Source: an uncultured Verrucomicrobiae bacterium (lineage in GTDB: Bacteria; Verrucomicrobiota; Verrucomicrobiia; Chthoniobacterales; JAFAMB01). From it: DNA of 64,000 nucleotides. Under the pieces are notes generated by a model. It ran no database searches. It saw nothing but the letters and a program-made list of their open reading frames with translations, and was not told where the DNA came from. The position numbers and the translations under genes were made by a program. Positions within the stretch are counted from its first letter, which is position 1. Each line of letters starts with the position of its first letter. Positions 49,017 to 58,755 of this stretch are shown here, one piece after another. The DNA lies in contig CAWIPH010000002.1 of NCBI GenBank assembly GCA_963837955.1, positions 2,592,001-2,656,000 of the forward strand. Reading direction: 5' to 3'.

Positions 49017-49150
49017 GGAGACTCTTGCTTTTATTCCAAGCCCCTCAACGCGCGGCTCGGAGTAGATCCGAACCAGGCACAGATACTGGATTTAGAAGGT
49101 GCGTCAAGAAATATTTTGCACCAATCGGTTCATTAATCCATAATACAGGG

Positions 49151-49705
49151 ATGGGACGACCGAAAAACTTCAACCGGGAAGGGGTCTTAGAGAAGGCGCT
49201 ACCGGTGTTTTGGAGGCGCGGGTTTGCTGACGCCAGTCTTCACGAATTGGAAGTGGCTACCGGAGTCAATAAGTCCGGCCTCTACGCAGAGTTCGAGGAT
49301 AAGGAGGATCTGTTTGTGCAGAGCCTTCGATATTACCTTGAAAACGTCGAAAAAAGGGGGCTGCTGACAACGGAGCCTCTGGGCTGGAATAACATCGAAC
49401 GATTCCTCAAGATCGGACCATGCAGCGTGGAGGGACAAAAGGGATGTTTTTCCGTGAACTCCATGCGTGAGCTTCCGATATTGCCGCCCGAAGCTTTTGC
49501 CATCATCACTCGAAGCAGAAGCAAACTGAAGCGGCTCATCGCCAAGAATATTGAGGTCGAGCGCCCAAAGATGAATGCGGACTCCCTTGCGGAATTGGTC
49601 CTGACTTTTTTTACGGGACTCAGTATGGAGCACAACCTGAGTTCGCGCCGGTCCTCCATCGTCCGCAAAATCGAGGATCTGATGAACATAGTCCGGACAC
49701 TGTGA
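49151..49705 (+). CDS. TetR/AcrR family regulator
   Basis: MGRPKNFNREGVLEKAL.VFWRRGF...GVNKSGLYAEFEDKEDLF...GCFSVNS. Confidence 0.93.
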   Translation: MGRPKNFNREGVLEKALPVFWRRGFADASLHELEVATGVNKSGLYAEFEDKEDLFVQSLRYYLENVEKRGLLTTEPLGWNNIERFLKIGPCSVEGQKGCFSVNSMRELPILPPEAFAIITRSRSKLKRLIAKNIEVERPKMNADSLAELVLTFFTGLSMEHNLSSRRSSIVRKIEDLMNIVRTL

Positions 49706-49853
49706 CTAACGACTGCGGGAGCGTTCATTAAGGTAAAGAGTGTTGATCGATCTGAACTAGGTGACGGCGCTATTCGAATTTGTGTTCCAAGTCTTGCGTC
49801 CGAGCGACCACGATCGCGCGGGTGTGGTTCTCTACCCCGAAGGGGGGGAGGGC

Positions 49854-50088
49854 GCACTCGATCCCGGAGGGATACAACGAAAGTAGCCCAGCAATTTATT
49901 GCTGGGTAAAGTTAAAAAATGTGTCCGTCCCGGACGGGACGATCGACCTCCGCTTGGCTCACAAAGTCAGGTTAGAGGCCAATAACCGAACGTTTCGATC
50001 GTCCCTATCGGGACGGAGCCGTCTTCGCTTCAATTCCCAGCAATGAATTGCTGGGCTACTTTCATTGTATCCCTCCGGGATCGAGTGC
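49854..50088. repeat. Family R2, copy D, abutting a family R3 end (49828-49857)
   Basis: gcactcgatcccggagggatacaacgaaagtagcccagcaat... and its near-perfect reverse complement ending at 50088. Confidence 0.88.
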
Positions 50089-50394
50089 TTTATCCCTTGG
50101 GCACATCTATGAGAGGCTCCTTCTGTCCCTTATGTTGGTGCCTGGGCGGCCGCCATCGGTCTGCATTCGGGTCCATTCGCGTCTCTTTGTGGTTCATTTG
50201 GCTTGTGTGCATCGCCCCGAAATCGCTCGTCCTCGCCGTATCCCGTGTCCTCTTGCCCTCAGTGTCGGTTCGAAGGTCGAGGACTTCGCTCCGGATCTGT
50301 GCTTTTTTGAAGCCTTTCTGTCCGACGATTCCACCACTTTGCTTCAACCCGGTTTGAGGCAAACCTGTGGGAATAGGGGCTCCAGAAAAAGCGA

Positions 50395-51438
50395 ATGATG
50401 CAAATCGGCGTAGACAGTTTCGTAGCGGCATCCGTTGATGGGGTCTCGGACAGGGCAATCGAGCCTGCGAGACATCTCAGCGAACTCCTTGAAGCCATCA
50501 CGTTGGCTGACGAAGTCGGTTTGGATGTGTTTGGCATCGGCGAACACCACCGGCGTGAGTTCCTCGACTCCGCGCCGACCGTGATCCTCGCCGCCGCCGC
50601 CGTCCGGACACGCCGCATCCGCCTAACGAGCGCCGTCACTGTGCTGAGCGCTGCCGACCCCGTGCGGGTGTTTCAGGAGTTCGCGACGCTTGATCTACTT
50701 TCGAACGGGCGGGCGGAGATCGTCGTCGGGCGCGGCTCATTCATCGAAGCATTCCCGCTCTTTGGCTTCGAGCTCGACGACTACGATTCACTCTTCGCCG
50801 AGAAGCTCGACCTGCTTCTGAACATTCGCGAGAACATGCATGTTCACTGGTCGGGCAAGCACCGCGCGGCACTCACCGGGCAGGGAGTTTACCCGCGCCC
50901 GCTCCAGAACCCGCTGCCGATTTGGCTCGGTGTCGGCGGCACGCCGAGTTCATTCACTCGCGCCGGCACACTCGGGCTGCCGCTGATGGTCGCGATCATC
51001 GGAGGCGAACCGCACCGGTTTCGGCCGTTGATCGATCGTTACCACCTGGCCGGTCTGCGCGCTGGGCATTCTCCAGATCAGCTCAAGGTGGGTATCCATT
51101 CGTTAGGTTACGTCGCCGAGAACGCGGCCCAGGCGGCAGACGACTTCTTTCCCGGTTACGCGCGAAGCTTTTCTGAGATTGGCAAGGAGCGCGGCTGGCC
51201 GCCCATCACCCGCGCACACTTCGACGCCCTGCTCGGTCCCGCCGGAGCGCTTATCGCGGGGGATCCGGAAATCGTCGCGGAGAAAATCCTGCGCGTGAGC
51301 GAGTCGTTAGGAGGCATATCGCGGCTCACGTTCCAAATGAGCGTCGCGGCGTTGCCGCATGCCAAACTGATGCGTGCGATCGAGCTGCTGGGAACGCGCG
51401 TTGCTCCTCTCGTGCGAACCGAGCTCGCATCGCGGTGA
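50395..51438 (+). CDS. LLM-class (luciferase-like) flavin-dependent oxidoreductase
   Basis: GLDVFGIGEHHR, RLTSAVTVLSAADPVRVFQEFATLD, GRGSFIEAFPLFG. Confidence 0.95.
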   Translation: MMQIGVDSFVAASVDGVSDRAIEPARHLSELLEAITLADEVGLDVFGIGEHHRREFLDSAPTVILAAAAVRTRRIRLTSAVTVLSAADPVRVFQEFATLDLLSNGRAEIVVGRGSFIEAFPLFGFELDDYDSLFAEKLDLLLNIRENMHVHWSGKHRAALTGQGVYPRPLQNPLPIWLGVGGTPSSFTRAGTLGLPLMVAIIGGEPHRFRPLIDRYHLAGLRAGHSPDQLKVGIHSLGYVAENAAQAADDFFPGYARSFSEIGKERGWPPITRAHFDALLGPAGALIAGDPEIVAEKILRVSESLGGISRLTFQMSVAALPHAKLMRAIELLGTRVAPLVRTELASR

Positions 51439-51567
51439 GGATTTCGAACAGGACCTGGGACCGGATATTTTTGGCCGCGAAAAAAGTTGGGAAGGTGCTT
51501 CGTCTTGCGTTGATTCAGAGTCGGTTGGCATATTGAATCTGAACTTAACCCCCATTCTCCAAGCCAA

Positions 51568-52101
51568 ATGACTAACGACGAACTTCGTGAACTGAACAAA
51601 AAACGCAGAATCCATCAAATCGCCTGGGTAACGCGAGATTTGGAAAAAAGCATGAAAGCGTGGGTTGACAATCTGAAGGTCGGCCCTTGGACGGTGCTCA
51701 CTTTTACAGAGAAAACGTTGAAGTACTTGGACGTCGACGGCAAACGAGTCAGTGAGCCCTTCAAATTTTTGATCGGCATCAGCTGGATCGGAAACATTCA
51801 GGTCGAATTGATCCAACCAGTTTATGGCCCGATGATTTACGAGGCCTTCATCCAGAAACATGGAGAAGGGCTCCATCACTTTAAGGAGTTTGTAAGTCAG
51901 GACGAGATCGATCGCGTATTGAAGGAATATCGGGAAAAAGGCATCGAAGTTACTCAGACCGGACAGTTTAAAGAAGATTTCCACTATTATCTGAATACGG
52001 AACCGAAACTGGATTTTGTGTTGGAACTGGGAAACTGCCCGCTGCTGAATCTGCCGGAGGACGAATGCCCAACTTATCCTCCGGAAAAACTTAATCGATA
52101 G
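51568..52101 (+). CDS. VOC/glyoxalase family protein (methylmalonyl-CoA epimerase-like)
   Basis: IHQIAWVTRDLEK...QVELIQP..GP.IY..F..KHGEGLHH...LEL. Confidence 0.88.
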   Translation: MTNDELRELNKKRRIHQIAWVTRDLEKSMKAWVDNLKVGPWTVLTFTEKTLKYLDVDGKRVSEPFKFLIGISWIGNIQVELIQPVYGPMIYEAFIQKHGEGLHHFKEFVSQDEIDRVLKEYREKGIEVTQTGQFKEDFHYYLNTEPKLDFVLELGNCPLLNLPEDECPTYPPEKLNR

Positions 52102-52119
52102 CCGAAGAGGACGAGGTCT

Positions 52120-52320
52120 GGTTCTCTGCCCCGGAGGGCGGGGAGGGCGCACAGCCTGTCCGACATAGCCTTTCGGATGCCTGATGCAGAAATGCTTGAG
52201 ACGCGACGTCGGATCCTCGTGCGCCGCGGATCGCGAGGATCCGACGTCGCATAAGCGAGCTGTCGTTGAGCGTGATGCATCGAAAAGCTATGTCGGACAG
52301 GCTGCGATCCCTCCCCCCGA
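52120..52320. repeat. Family R3 full palindromic element
   Basis: Arms ~52140-52180 and ~52277-52317; inner 17-bp stem gcgacgtcggatcctcg/cgaggatccgacgtcgc. Confidence 0.85.
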
Positions 52321-52494
52321 GCACACACTAGACACGGCCGGCGCTCATGGCTTCTGAGCTTGATCTCGAGCCGCGATGATGCCGGCGGTGATTAAATTTG
52401 GTTAAGCCGAATATAACGCTGGGAAATTCCTGAGTGCTGCGCTGCGATTGTGTGAACAAAAGGGGAGTATTTCATTTATGCGTGCGGCCGCCCA

Positions 52495-54945
52495 TCACTT
52501 ATCACGGAGTGCTGTCACAGGATCGACCGCCATCGCCCGCCGCATGGGAAGGTAACTGGCCAGTATCGCGACCATCAGTAGAAGGACCGAAACACAGCCG
52601 AAGATAGTTGGATCGGTGGCTCGTATGCCAAACAACAGGCTGGTGAGCCAGCGAGTCGAAGCCAGCGCCCCCGCCCAGCCGATAACAATCCCCAAGGAAG
52701 CAAGCGATAGCGCTTCCCGCAACACGAGCTTACGGATCCTGCCGGTGGTCGCGCCTAACGCCATGCGTACGCCGATCTCCTGAGTCTTTTGGCTGACGTT
52801 GTATGCCATCACGCCATACGTTCCTACGGCAGCCAGTAGAAGAGCCAGCACAGCAAAAGCCGCCAGCAAAAGCGTGCAGAAACTGCGACGCTCCAGCGAT
52901 TCCGACATGTATTGGGTCATTGGGCGGACCGCCGTTACCGGAAGGTCCTTGTCCGCAACTTGCAGTTGTCTCTTGGCGCTTTCGGCAATCGACAGCGGAT
53001 CACCGTCTGTTCTGACAACGAATGTCATGGCCTGCAACGACGTCCATGGGGCGAACGGGAACTGTGTTACCGGCAGAAACACCTCCGGCTGCGGCTCTAC
53101 GTCCATCCCGTTTTGTTTCACATCGGCCACAATGCCCACAATCTCCCGATAGGGCTGGTTTCCCTTCGGCCCTCCTTCTCGAAGGAGCTTTCCTATGGCG
53201 CTCTGGGCGGGCCAATTTCGACGAGCAAAACTTTGATTGACGATCGCTACCAGGCGCGAGTGCTGGGTATCCAAATCTGTAAAGAATCTGCCATGTAGCA
53301 GAGGAACTTGCATCGCTTCGAAGTAACCAGGCACAACGATGTTGGAAGCCGCGGTAGGTATATCAACAACTGATTGAACAGCGTGGTCGGCCAACATAAA
53401 GGAACTGTCGGTGCTAACTCCCACCAGTGGCGGGCATAGGGCAGCGCCTGCTGCATGCACGCCGGGAAGCTCCCGAAGGCGTTGAACGGCTTGCGTGAAG
53501 AAAATGGACTTCTCCTCTCCGCGAACATATTTCGTTGGCGGAAGGACAAGGTCCAGGGCCAGCAGGTGATCGGCCTTAAAGCCGGGATCCACCTTCACCG
53601 CATTCATCAGACTACGAATCATCAGGCCCGCGGTAGTTACCAAGATCAGAGCAATTGCCATTTCCGCAATCAGGAGTGCGGCGCGAAGCCTTTTGCCAGT
53701 TCGACTCGTGCTCCCTTCACGGCCGGTTTCATTCAGCGCCGTATTAAGGTTTCCAAATGTGGCATGCATCGCAGGTGCTACGCCAAACAGCAAGCCCGTC
53801 AGCAGTGACACCGCCAAGGTGAATAGCAGGACCGTTCCATCCATTTTGATCACGGCCAGTTGCGGGAGGTCGTGAGGTGCGATCATGGCTATGATGTGTA
53901 GTCCCACGATGGCCAGAAGGATGCCGAGACCGCCTCCTAATAGCGATAGTGCGATGCTTTCTGTCACCAACTGGCGCGCGAGTCGCCATCGATCTGCACC
54001 GAGTGCGGCTCGAACCGCCAGCTCCTTTTTTCGAGACGATCCTTGTGCCAAGAGCAGGTTCGCGACGTTCACGCACGCGATCAGAAGAACGCAACCAACG
54101 CAAGCGAACAGCGCCAACAACACGGTCTGCGTGCTTCCGTAACGATACTGATAAAGACCGGTAATGGTAGCGATCAGTCCGGTGTTAGACTGCGGATAAC
54201 TCTGTTCGAGCCGCTGCATGATCACCATCATTTCTGAACGCGCAGAATCTAAGGGCACTCCTGCCCGTAACCGCGCCAATACCAGAAGGTCGGGATGGAT
54301 ACCGCGCTGGTTCCATTCATCTTCTGCGCCGTGCAGCCCGACAGGCAGATAGGCATCCACACGCTTATCGAAGAAATTGAACTCAGGAGGCAGGATTCCA
54401 ATCACTGAGTAAGAGACACCGTCGAGTGTCAGTGCCTTGCCGGGAAAATTCGGATCTCCACTAAGCCGGTTTTTCCACAATTCATAGCTGATCACAACGG
54501 CTGGGTTCGCGCCTGGCAAGTCCTCTCGTTCACTAAACGTACGGCCACTCAGCGGCTGTGTGCCGAGCATCTTAAAAAATGGGTACGAAACCTCCGCTAC
54601 GCGAAGCAGCGTGGGTTCTCCGATGCCTGTCAGGTTGACATGGGAGAGCCGATAGGCCGCCATGTCGTCAAAAGTTCGGTTTTGTTTGCGCCAGTCAAGA
54701 AAGTCCAGCCAGGAAACAGTGCGGCTGCCGTGCTGTAGTCTGTATTCATCCAAGATGACCAGACGATTTGCGTTGGGATACGGCAGCCCGTTCAGCAACA
54801 CTGCATTGACGATGCTGAAGATGGCAGTATTTGCGCCAATTCCCAACGCCAATGTGAGTAGAGCGACCGTAGAGAAAGCGCGATTCTTAAGTAAAGTCCG
54901 CAGCCCATGTCCTAGGTCGCGGAGAAATTCCAAGGCTCGACTCAT
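52495..54945 (-). CDS. Duplicated MacB/FtsX-type ABC permease (ADOP-like), no adjacent ATPase
   Basis: LTLALGIGANTAIFSIVNAVLL, VLLIACVNVANLLLA, ELAVRAALGA, EIGVRMALGA, DPVTALR. Confidence 0.92.
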   Translation of the reverse strand: MSRALEFLRDLGHGLRTLLKNRAFSTVALLTLALGIGANTAIFSIVNAVLLNGLPYPNANRLVILDEYRLQHGSRTVSWLDFLDWRKQNRTFDDMAAYRLSHVNLTGIGEPTLLRVAEVSYPFFKMLGTQPLSGRTFSEREDLPGANPAVVISYELWKNRLSGDPNFPGKALTLDGVSYSVIGILPPEFNFFDKRVDAYLPVGLHGAEDEWNQRGIHPDLLVLARLRAGVPLDSARSEMMVIMQRLEQSYPQSNTGLIATITGLYQYRYGSTQTVLLALFACVGCVLLIACVNVANLLLAQGSSRKKELAVRAALGADRWRLARQLVTESIALSLLGGGLGILLAIVGLHIIAMIAPHDLPQLAVIKMDGTVLLFTLAVSLLTGLLFGVAPAMHATFGNLNTALNETGREGSTSRTGKRLRAALLIAEMAIALILVTTAGLMIRSLMNAVKVDPGFKADHLLALDLVLPPTKYVRGEEKSIFFTQAVQRLRELPGVHAAGAALCPPLVGVSTDSSFMLADHAVQSVVDIPTAASNIVVPGYFEAMQVPLLHGRFFTDLDTQHSRLVAIVNQSFARRNWPAQSAIGKLLREGGPKGNQPYREIVGIVADVKQNGMDVEPQPEVFLPVTQFPFAPWTSLQAMTFVVRTDGDPLSIAESAKRQLQVADKDLPVTAVRPMTQYMSESLERRSFCTLLLAAFAVLALLLAAVGTYGVMAYNVSQKTQEIGVRMALGATTGRIRKLVLREALSLASLGIVIGWAGALASTRWLTSLLFGIRATDPTIFGCVSVLLLMVAILASYLPMRRAMAVDPVTALRDK

Positions 54946-55097
54946 CGAAGCAACCTCCAAGAATATTGACCAAGTTCGGCCGCAGTCCGATGATGCGTCC
55001 TATTCATGGTCGACCTCCCCAATACTCCTTCACAACGAGATCATGACGGTAGAAATGAATTGTCGCAAGACGGCTGGTACGACATAATATCGCTTTT

Positions 55098-55886
55098 ATG
55101 CGACAGCCGATTGTGAGGGAAAACGACCCGAGGCGCGGTGTCTCTATATCGACGCTCGCTCGCGAGTATCCTCGCAGTTCCCAAGTGCCACAACACGCGC
55201 ATGGGTCCGATCAGTTGATCTACGCAAGTCGCGGTATCATGGAAGTGGCTTCTGGCCAAAGCCTGTGGATCATTCCGCCCCATTTTGGTCTTTGGATTCC
55301 AGCGCGCATTCCGCACCAAATTCGCATGCCAGAGCGCGTTTCGATGCGCACACTCTATTTACGGCCAGGCGTTGCTGACTTAGGTGCCAATTGCATGGTG
55401 CTTCACGTCGCCCCATTACTTCGCGAGCTCATCTTCGAAATCGTACGCGTTGGTAACCTCCGAATTCGTAACCAGGTTGAATGTGCACTTCGTGATGTGC
55501 TGGTCGAACAACTAACAAAGGCATCACCAGTGCCAACAGGAATTGCGCTTCCCCGAGATCACCGGGCACTTACTATTGCCCAGACCGTGATAGAGAACCC
55601 TGCTCTCCGCTCGTCACTGGCATCGATGTGCGCTTCTGCCGGGGTAAGTGTGAGAACGCTGGAGAGAGCATTCCGGCGATGTGTTGGTATCGATTTCGAA
55701 TCCTGGCGAAGACAAGTGCGATTGATGAAGGCAGTCGAACTGTTAGTCTCCGGTCACAGTGTGAAGGAGGTGGCTTTCTCAGTCGGGTATCAAGAGCCGA
55801 GCAGCTTTGTGGCACTGTTTCGGGCAACCTTTGGGACCACTCCAAAGGCATGGATCTCAGCTCTTGATTCCTTGAGTAGAGGATAG
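55098..55886 (+). CDS. AraC family regulator with cupin sensor (NimR-like)
   Basis: HAH.SDQLIYA..G...WIIPP..GLWIPA..PH; SVRTLERAF...W.RQ.RL..A...VGY. Confidence 0.92.
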   Translation: MRQPIVRENDPRRGVSISTLAREYPRSSQVPQHAHGSDQLIYASRGIMEVASGQSLWIIPPHFGLWIPARIPHQIRMPERVSMRTLYLRPGVADLGANCMVLHVAPLLRELIFEIVRVGNLRIRNQVECALRDVLVEQLTKASPVPTGIALPRDHRALTIAQTVIENPALRSSLASMCASAGVSVRTLERAFRRCVGIDFESWRRQVRLMKAVELLVSGHSVKEVAFSVGYQEPSSFVALFRATFGTTPKAWISALDSLSRG

Positions 55887-55925
55887 CAATCCAGCACGCG
55901 ATCCTGTTGATCAAATAGCCACAGA

Positions 55926-57086
55926 ATGAAATCCAAAGCCATCATCGTTCTGACGACCACACTCTTTGTCACGTGCGTCTCGATAGGCGTGAGTAGCGCG
56001 GCCGAAGAGCAAGATGCAGTCAAGAGCGCCGTAGACAAAGCGATCCAGCCAGTCATGGAGAAGTACCAGATTCCAGGAATGGCAGTGGGCATCACGGTTG
56101 GCGGAAAACATTACGTTTTGGACTACGGCGTCGCCTCCAGCAAAACCCGCAAGCCTGTCACGGACAGCACGCTCTTCGAGATCGGATCAGTCAGCAAGAC
56201 ATTCACGGCGACGCTGGCGTCGTGGGCACAGGTCAGCGGCCAACTCTCTTTGGCGGATAAAACCAGCAAGTATCTGCCGTCTCTCCAGGGTACCAAGTTT
56301 GGCGAAGTCAGCCTTCTCCATCTCGGCACTCACACGCCAGGCGGCCTTCCGCTACAGGTGCCCGAGAACATAACGAACAACGATCAGCTGATGAAGTATT
56401 TTCAAGAATGGCAGCCAACCTATGCTCCGGGAACCTATAGAACCTACGCCAATCCGAGCATCGGTCTGCTTGGCCTGATAACAGCGAAGAGCATGAACCA
56501 GGACTTCGCCGCTCTGATGGAAGGACGCTTGTTTCCCGCGCTCGGCCTGACGAGCACTTACATCAACGTGCCGGAAACAAAGATGGCAGATTACGCGCAG
56601 GGCTACACAGAGAAGGACGAGCCGGTCCGGATGGCCACTGGCGTCCTGTCCGCGGAAGCCTACGGTGTCAAAACCACGGCTACCGATATGATCCACTTCA
56701 TGGAAGCGAATATGGGGATGATCACGCTGAATGGGGAGCTCCAGCGCGCGATCACGGATACACACACCGGTTACTTTCAGGCGGGCGTTATGACGCAAGA
56801 CCTGATCTGGGAGCAATATGCCTATCCGATCGAGCTGAAGACATTGTTGGAAGGTAACTCTTACCAAATGATCTTAGAAGCGACACCCGTCACACCAATT
56901 ACCCCGCCGATGGAGCCGCGCAGGGATGTGTTGATCAATAAGACGGGTACTACTGGTGGCTTCGGGGCATATGTCGCCTTCGTTCCGGAAAAGCAGATAG
57001 GGATCATTATCCTGGCGAACAAGAACTATCCAATCGCTGACCGTATCACGATAGCTCACCAGATATTCTCGAAGCTCGTGCAGTGA
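55926..57086 (+). CDS. ampC: Class C beta-lactamase
   Basis: Signal peptide; FEIGSVSKTFT (SxxK), LGTHT.GGLPLQVP, RTYANPSIGL (YxN), NKTGTTGGFGAYVAFVPEK.IGIIILANKNYP. Confidence 0.92.
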   Translation: MKSKAIIVLTTTLFVTCVSIGVSSAAEEQDAVKSAVDKAIQPVMEKYQIPGMAVGITVGGKHYVLDYGVASSKTRKPVTDSTLFEIGSVSKTFTATLASWAQVSGQLSLADKTSKYLPSLQGTKFGEVSLLHLGTHTPGGLPLQVPENITNNDQLMKYFQEWQPTYAPGTYRTYANPSIGLLGLITAKSMNQDFAALMEGRLFPALGLTSTYINVPETKMADYAQGYTEKDEPVRMATGVLSAEAYGVKTTATDMIHFMEANMGMITLNGELQRAITDTHTGYFQAGVMTQDLIWEQYAYPIELKTLLEGNSYQMILEATPVTPITPPMEPRRDVLINKTGTTGGFGAYVAFVPEKQIGIIILANKNYPIADRITIAHQIFSKLVQ

Positions 57087-57276
57087 CGCCGTCCAAGGAG
57101 TGGGGTCAAGGTTCGGACTCGAGGTCTCATTCGGTGCAGTGAAAGGATAAGAGGGGAGGGTTGCATCATCGAACAGTCAGCTGGACGAAGACGTACTTGC
57201 CGTTGTGAAAGTTGGTCAAGGTCAAAACAAGGGAGGTTTATCGAGAGCTTCGCTTTCGCCAACAAGGCTCTCGAAC

Positions 57277-57870
57277 TCAGGTTCCCAGGGCTACCATCGT
57301 TCGGTCCCACTTCGCGCGCAGGCTGCGCAGCAGCGACGGGTACACGATCAGTCTTCGGAACGGGTCGACTGCCGCCATGTAGAAGGGCGTCAACCGGCCA
57401 ACGCTGCGGACGTAGACCGCGAAGTAAAAGCGGTAGCTATTCGCGGTTTCAACCAACGCGCTCAACGCCGCCGCATGGACCGTCCGGTTGATCAGTTCGA
57501 CGAGTTTTTCGTTCTGGAACCGATAGACGACGCGAAACGGCCCCTCGCGAACGCCCGCTGGCGTGAGCGATCGGACCCGATCGGCATCGGTGAGCCGGTC
57601 GGCGAACGTCGGCGCGGCCTCGGTCGACGGTCCTGGGCGGTCCCAGCCAAAGAGGCGTCCGATAAGAAGACGTAGGTCCAGCAGCCCTCGCACGACCGGC
57701 GTGGGCGTGTAAAGTCGCTCGTTCGCAACGCGTAAAAACTCGTCGAGCGTGATCCCGGCGCGCGGGCTTGGCAGGTCGACCGCCCACACGTCGTGCAGCG
57801 GGACGCCGGCGAGGAACCGGTGCACGCGCAGCGGCAACCGTTCGAACTCTCTCTCCGAGATCTGCGGCAT
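57277..57870 (-). CDS. DUF2867-like protein
   Basis: LHDVWAVDL...LLDLRL.IGRLFGWD...FRVVY...E.INRTVH...AVYV...YMA.VDPFRR.IVYP. Confidence 0.7.
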   Translation of the reverse strand: MPQISEREFERLPLRVHRFLAGVPLHDVWAVDLPSPRAGITLDEFLRVANERLYTPTPVVRGLLDLRLLIGRLFGWDRPGPSTEAAPTFADRLTDADRVRSLTPAGVREGPFRVVYRFQNEKLVELINRTVHAAALSALVETANSYRFYFAVYVRSVGRLTPFYMAAVDPFRRLIVYPSLLRSLRAKWDRTMVALGT

Positions 57871-58126
57871 GGTTTCTCCTTCAGTAAATAGCAAGTGCTC
57901 GAAGCGACAAATTATTTGTCACTCGTTGCAACGTCCGATCGGTGAAGGTTCGCTGTCCTGGGTGACGTGCGAATCGAGACTGTGCCGTCCCCGGTCTGAT
58001 TTACGTTGAATTTATCCCAGTGGCGGTAGACGGCCGTTAGATGGGTTACCGGCGCGACGAAGACACCCCTTTTCCGGACACGAGAAGGAGCCGTGCGGCC
58101 TGTGCTGCTGCACAAAAAAATAACAC

Positions 58127-58155
58127 TTGACCACAAATACGTACGTACGTATTGA
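58127..58155 (+). promoter_or_regulatory. Sigma70-like promoter with overlapping 18-bp palindromic operator
   Basis: TTGACC-17bp-TATTGA; perfect palindrome aatacgtacgtacgtatt at 58136-58153. Confidence 0.7.
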
Positions 58156-58164
58156 TGCTGCCTG

Positions 58165-58755
58165 GTGAGCAAACCTTCCCTTCGCGAAAATATCCTTAAT
58201 GCCGGGTTGCAGGTAATGTTTCAGACCGGTTACCACGGAGCTAGCGTCCGCGATATCTGCGCCGCTGCCGGCGCACCCCAGGGCTCCTTTACGAATCACT
58301 TCCGATCCAAGGAAGCTTTCGCCCAAGAAGTGCTCGACCGTTACTTTGCTCATAACAAGAGCTTGGTGAACGAAGCCTTGAACGATAAGTCGCTTACCGG
58401 GCGACAGCGGCTGAGGCGTTATCTCGACATCATCACCGGAATATTGAAGGCCGCCAAATGGAGCCGTGGCTGCCTGATTGGTGACTTCAGCCTTGAAGCC
58501 AGCTCTCAGAGCAAGCTCTTGCGCAAACGTCTCGAGGCCATTTTCCGGGAATGGCGTATCCCGTTCGCGAAGTGCATCGTAGAGGCACAGGCAGCAGGTG
58601 ACATCGATTCGCGTTTCGATGCTACCGAACTCGCCGAGTTCTTACTGGCTTCCTGGGAGGGTGCCATCTTACGCATGAAAGTCGAACGAGGGCCGGTCGC
58701 ACTCGAACGCTTCAAAAAGATCATGTTTGAGACCGTATTTAAGGAGCAAAAATGA
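58165..58755 (+). CDS. TetR family regulator (NemR/AcuR-like)
   Basis: GYHGASVRDICAAAGAPQGSFTNHFRSKEAF...GCLIGDFS.E...SWEGAILRMK. Confidence 0.93.
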   Translation: MSKPSLRENILNAGLQVMFQTGYHGASVRDICAAAGAPQGSFTNHFRSKEAFAQEVLDRYFAHNKSLVNEALNDKSLTGRQRLRRYLDIITGILKAAKWSRGCLIGDFSLEASSQSKLLRKRLEAIFREWRIPFAKCIVEAQAAGDIDSRFDATELAEFLLASWEGAILRMKVERGPVALERFKKIMFETVFKEQK

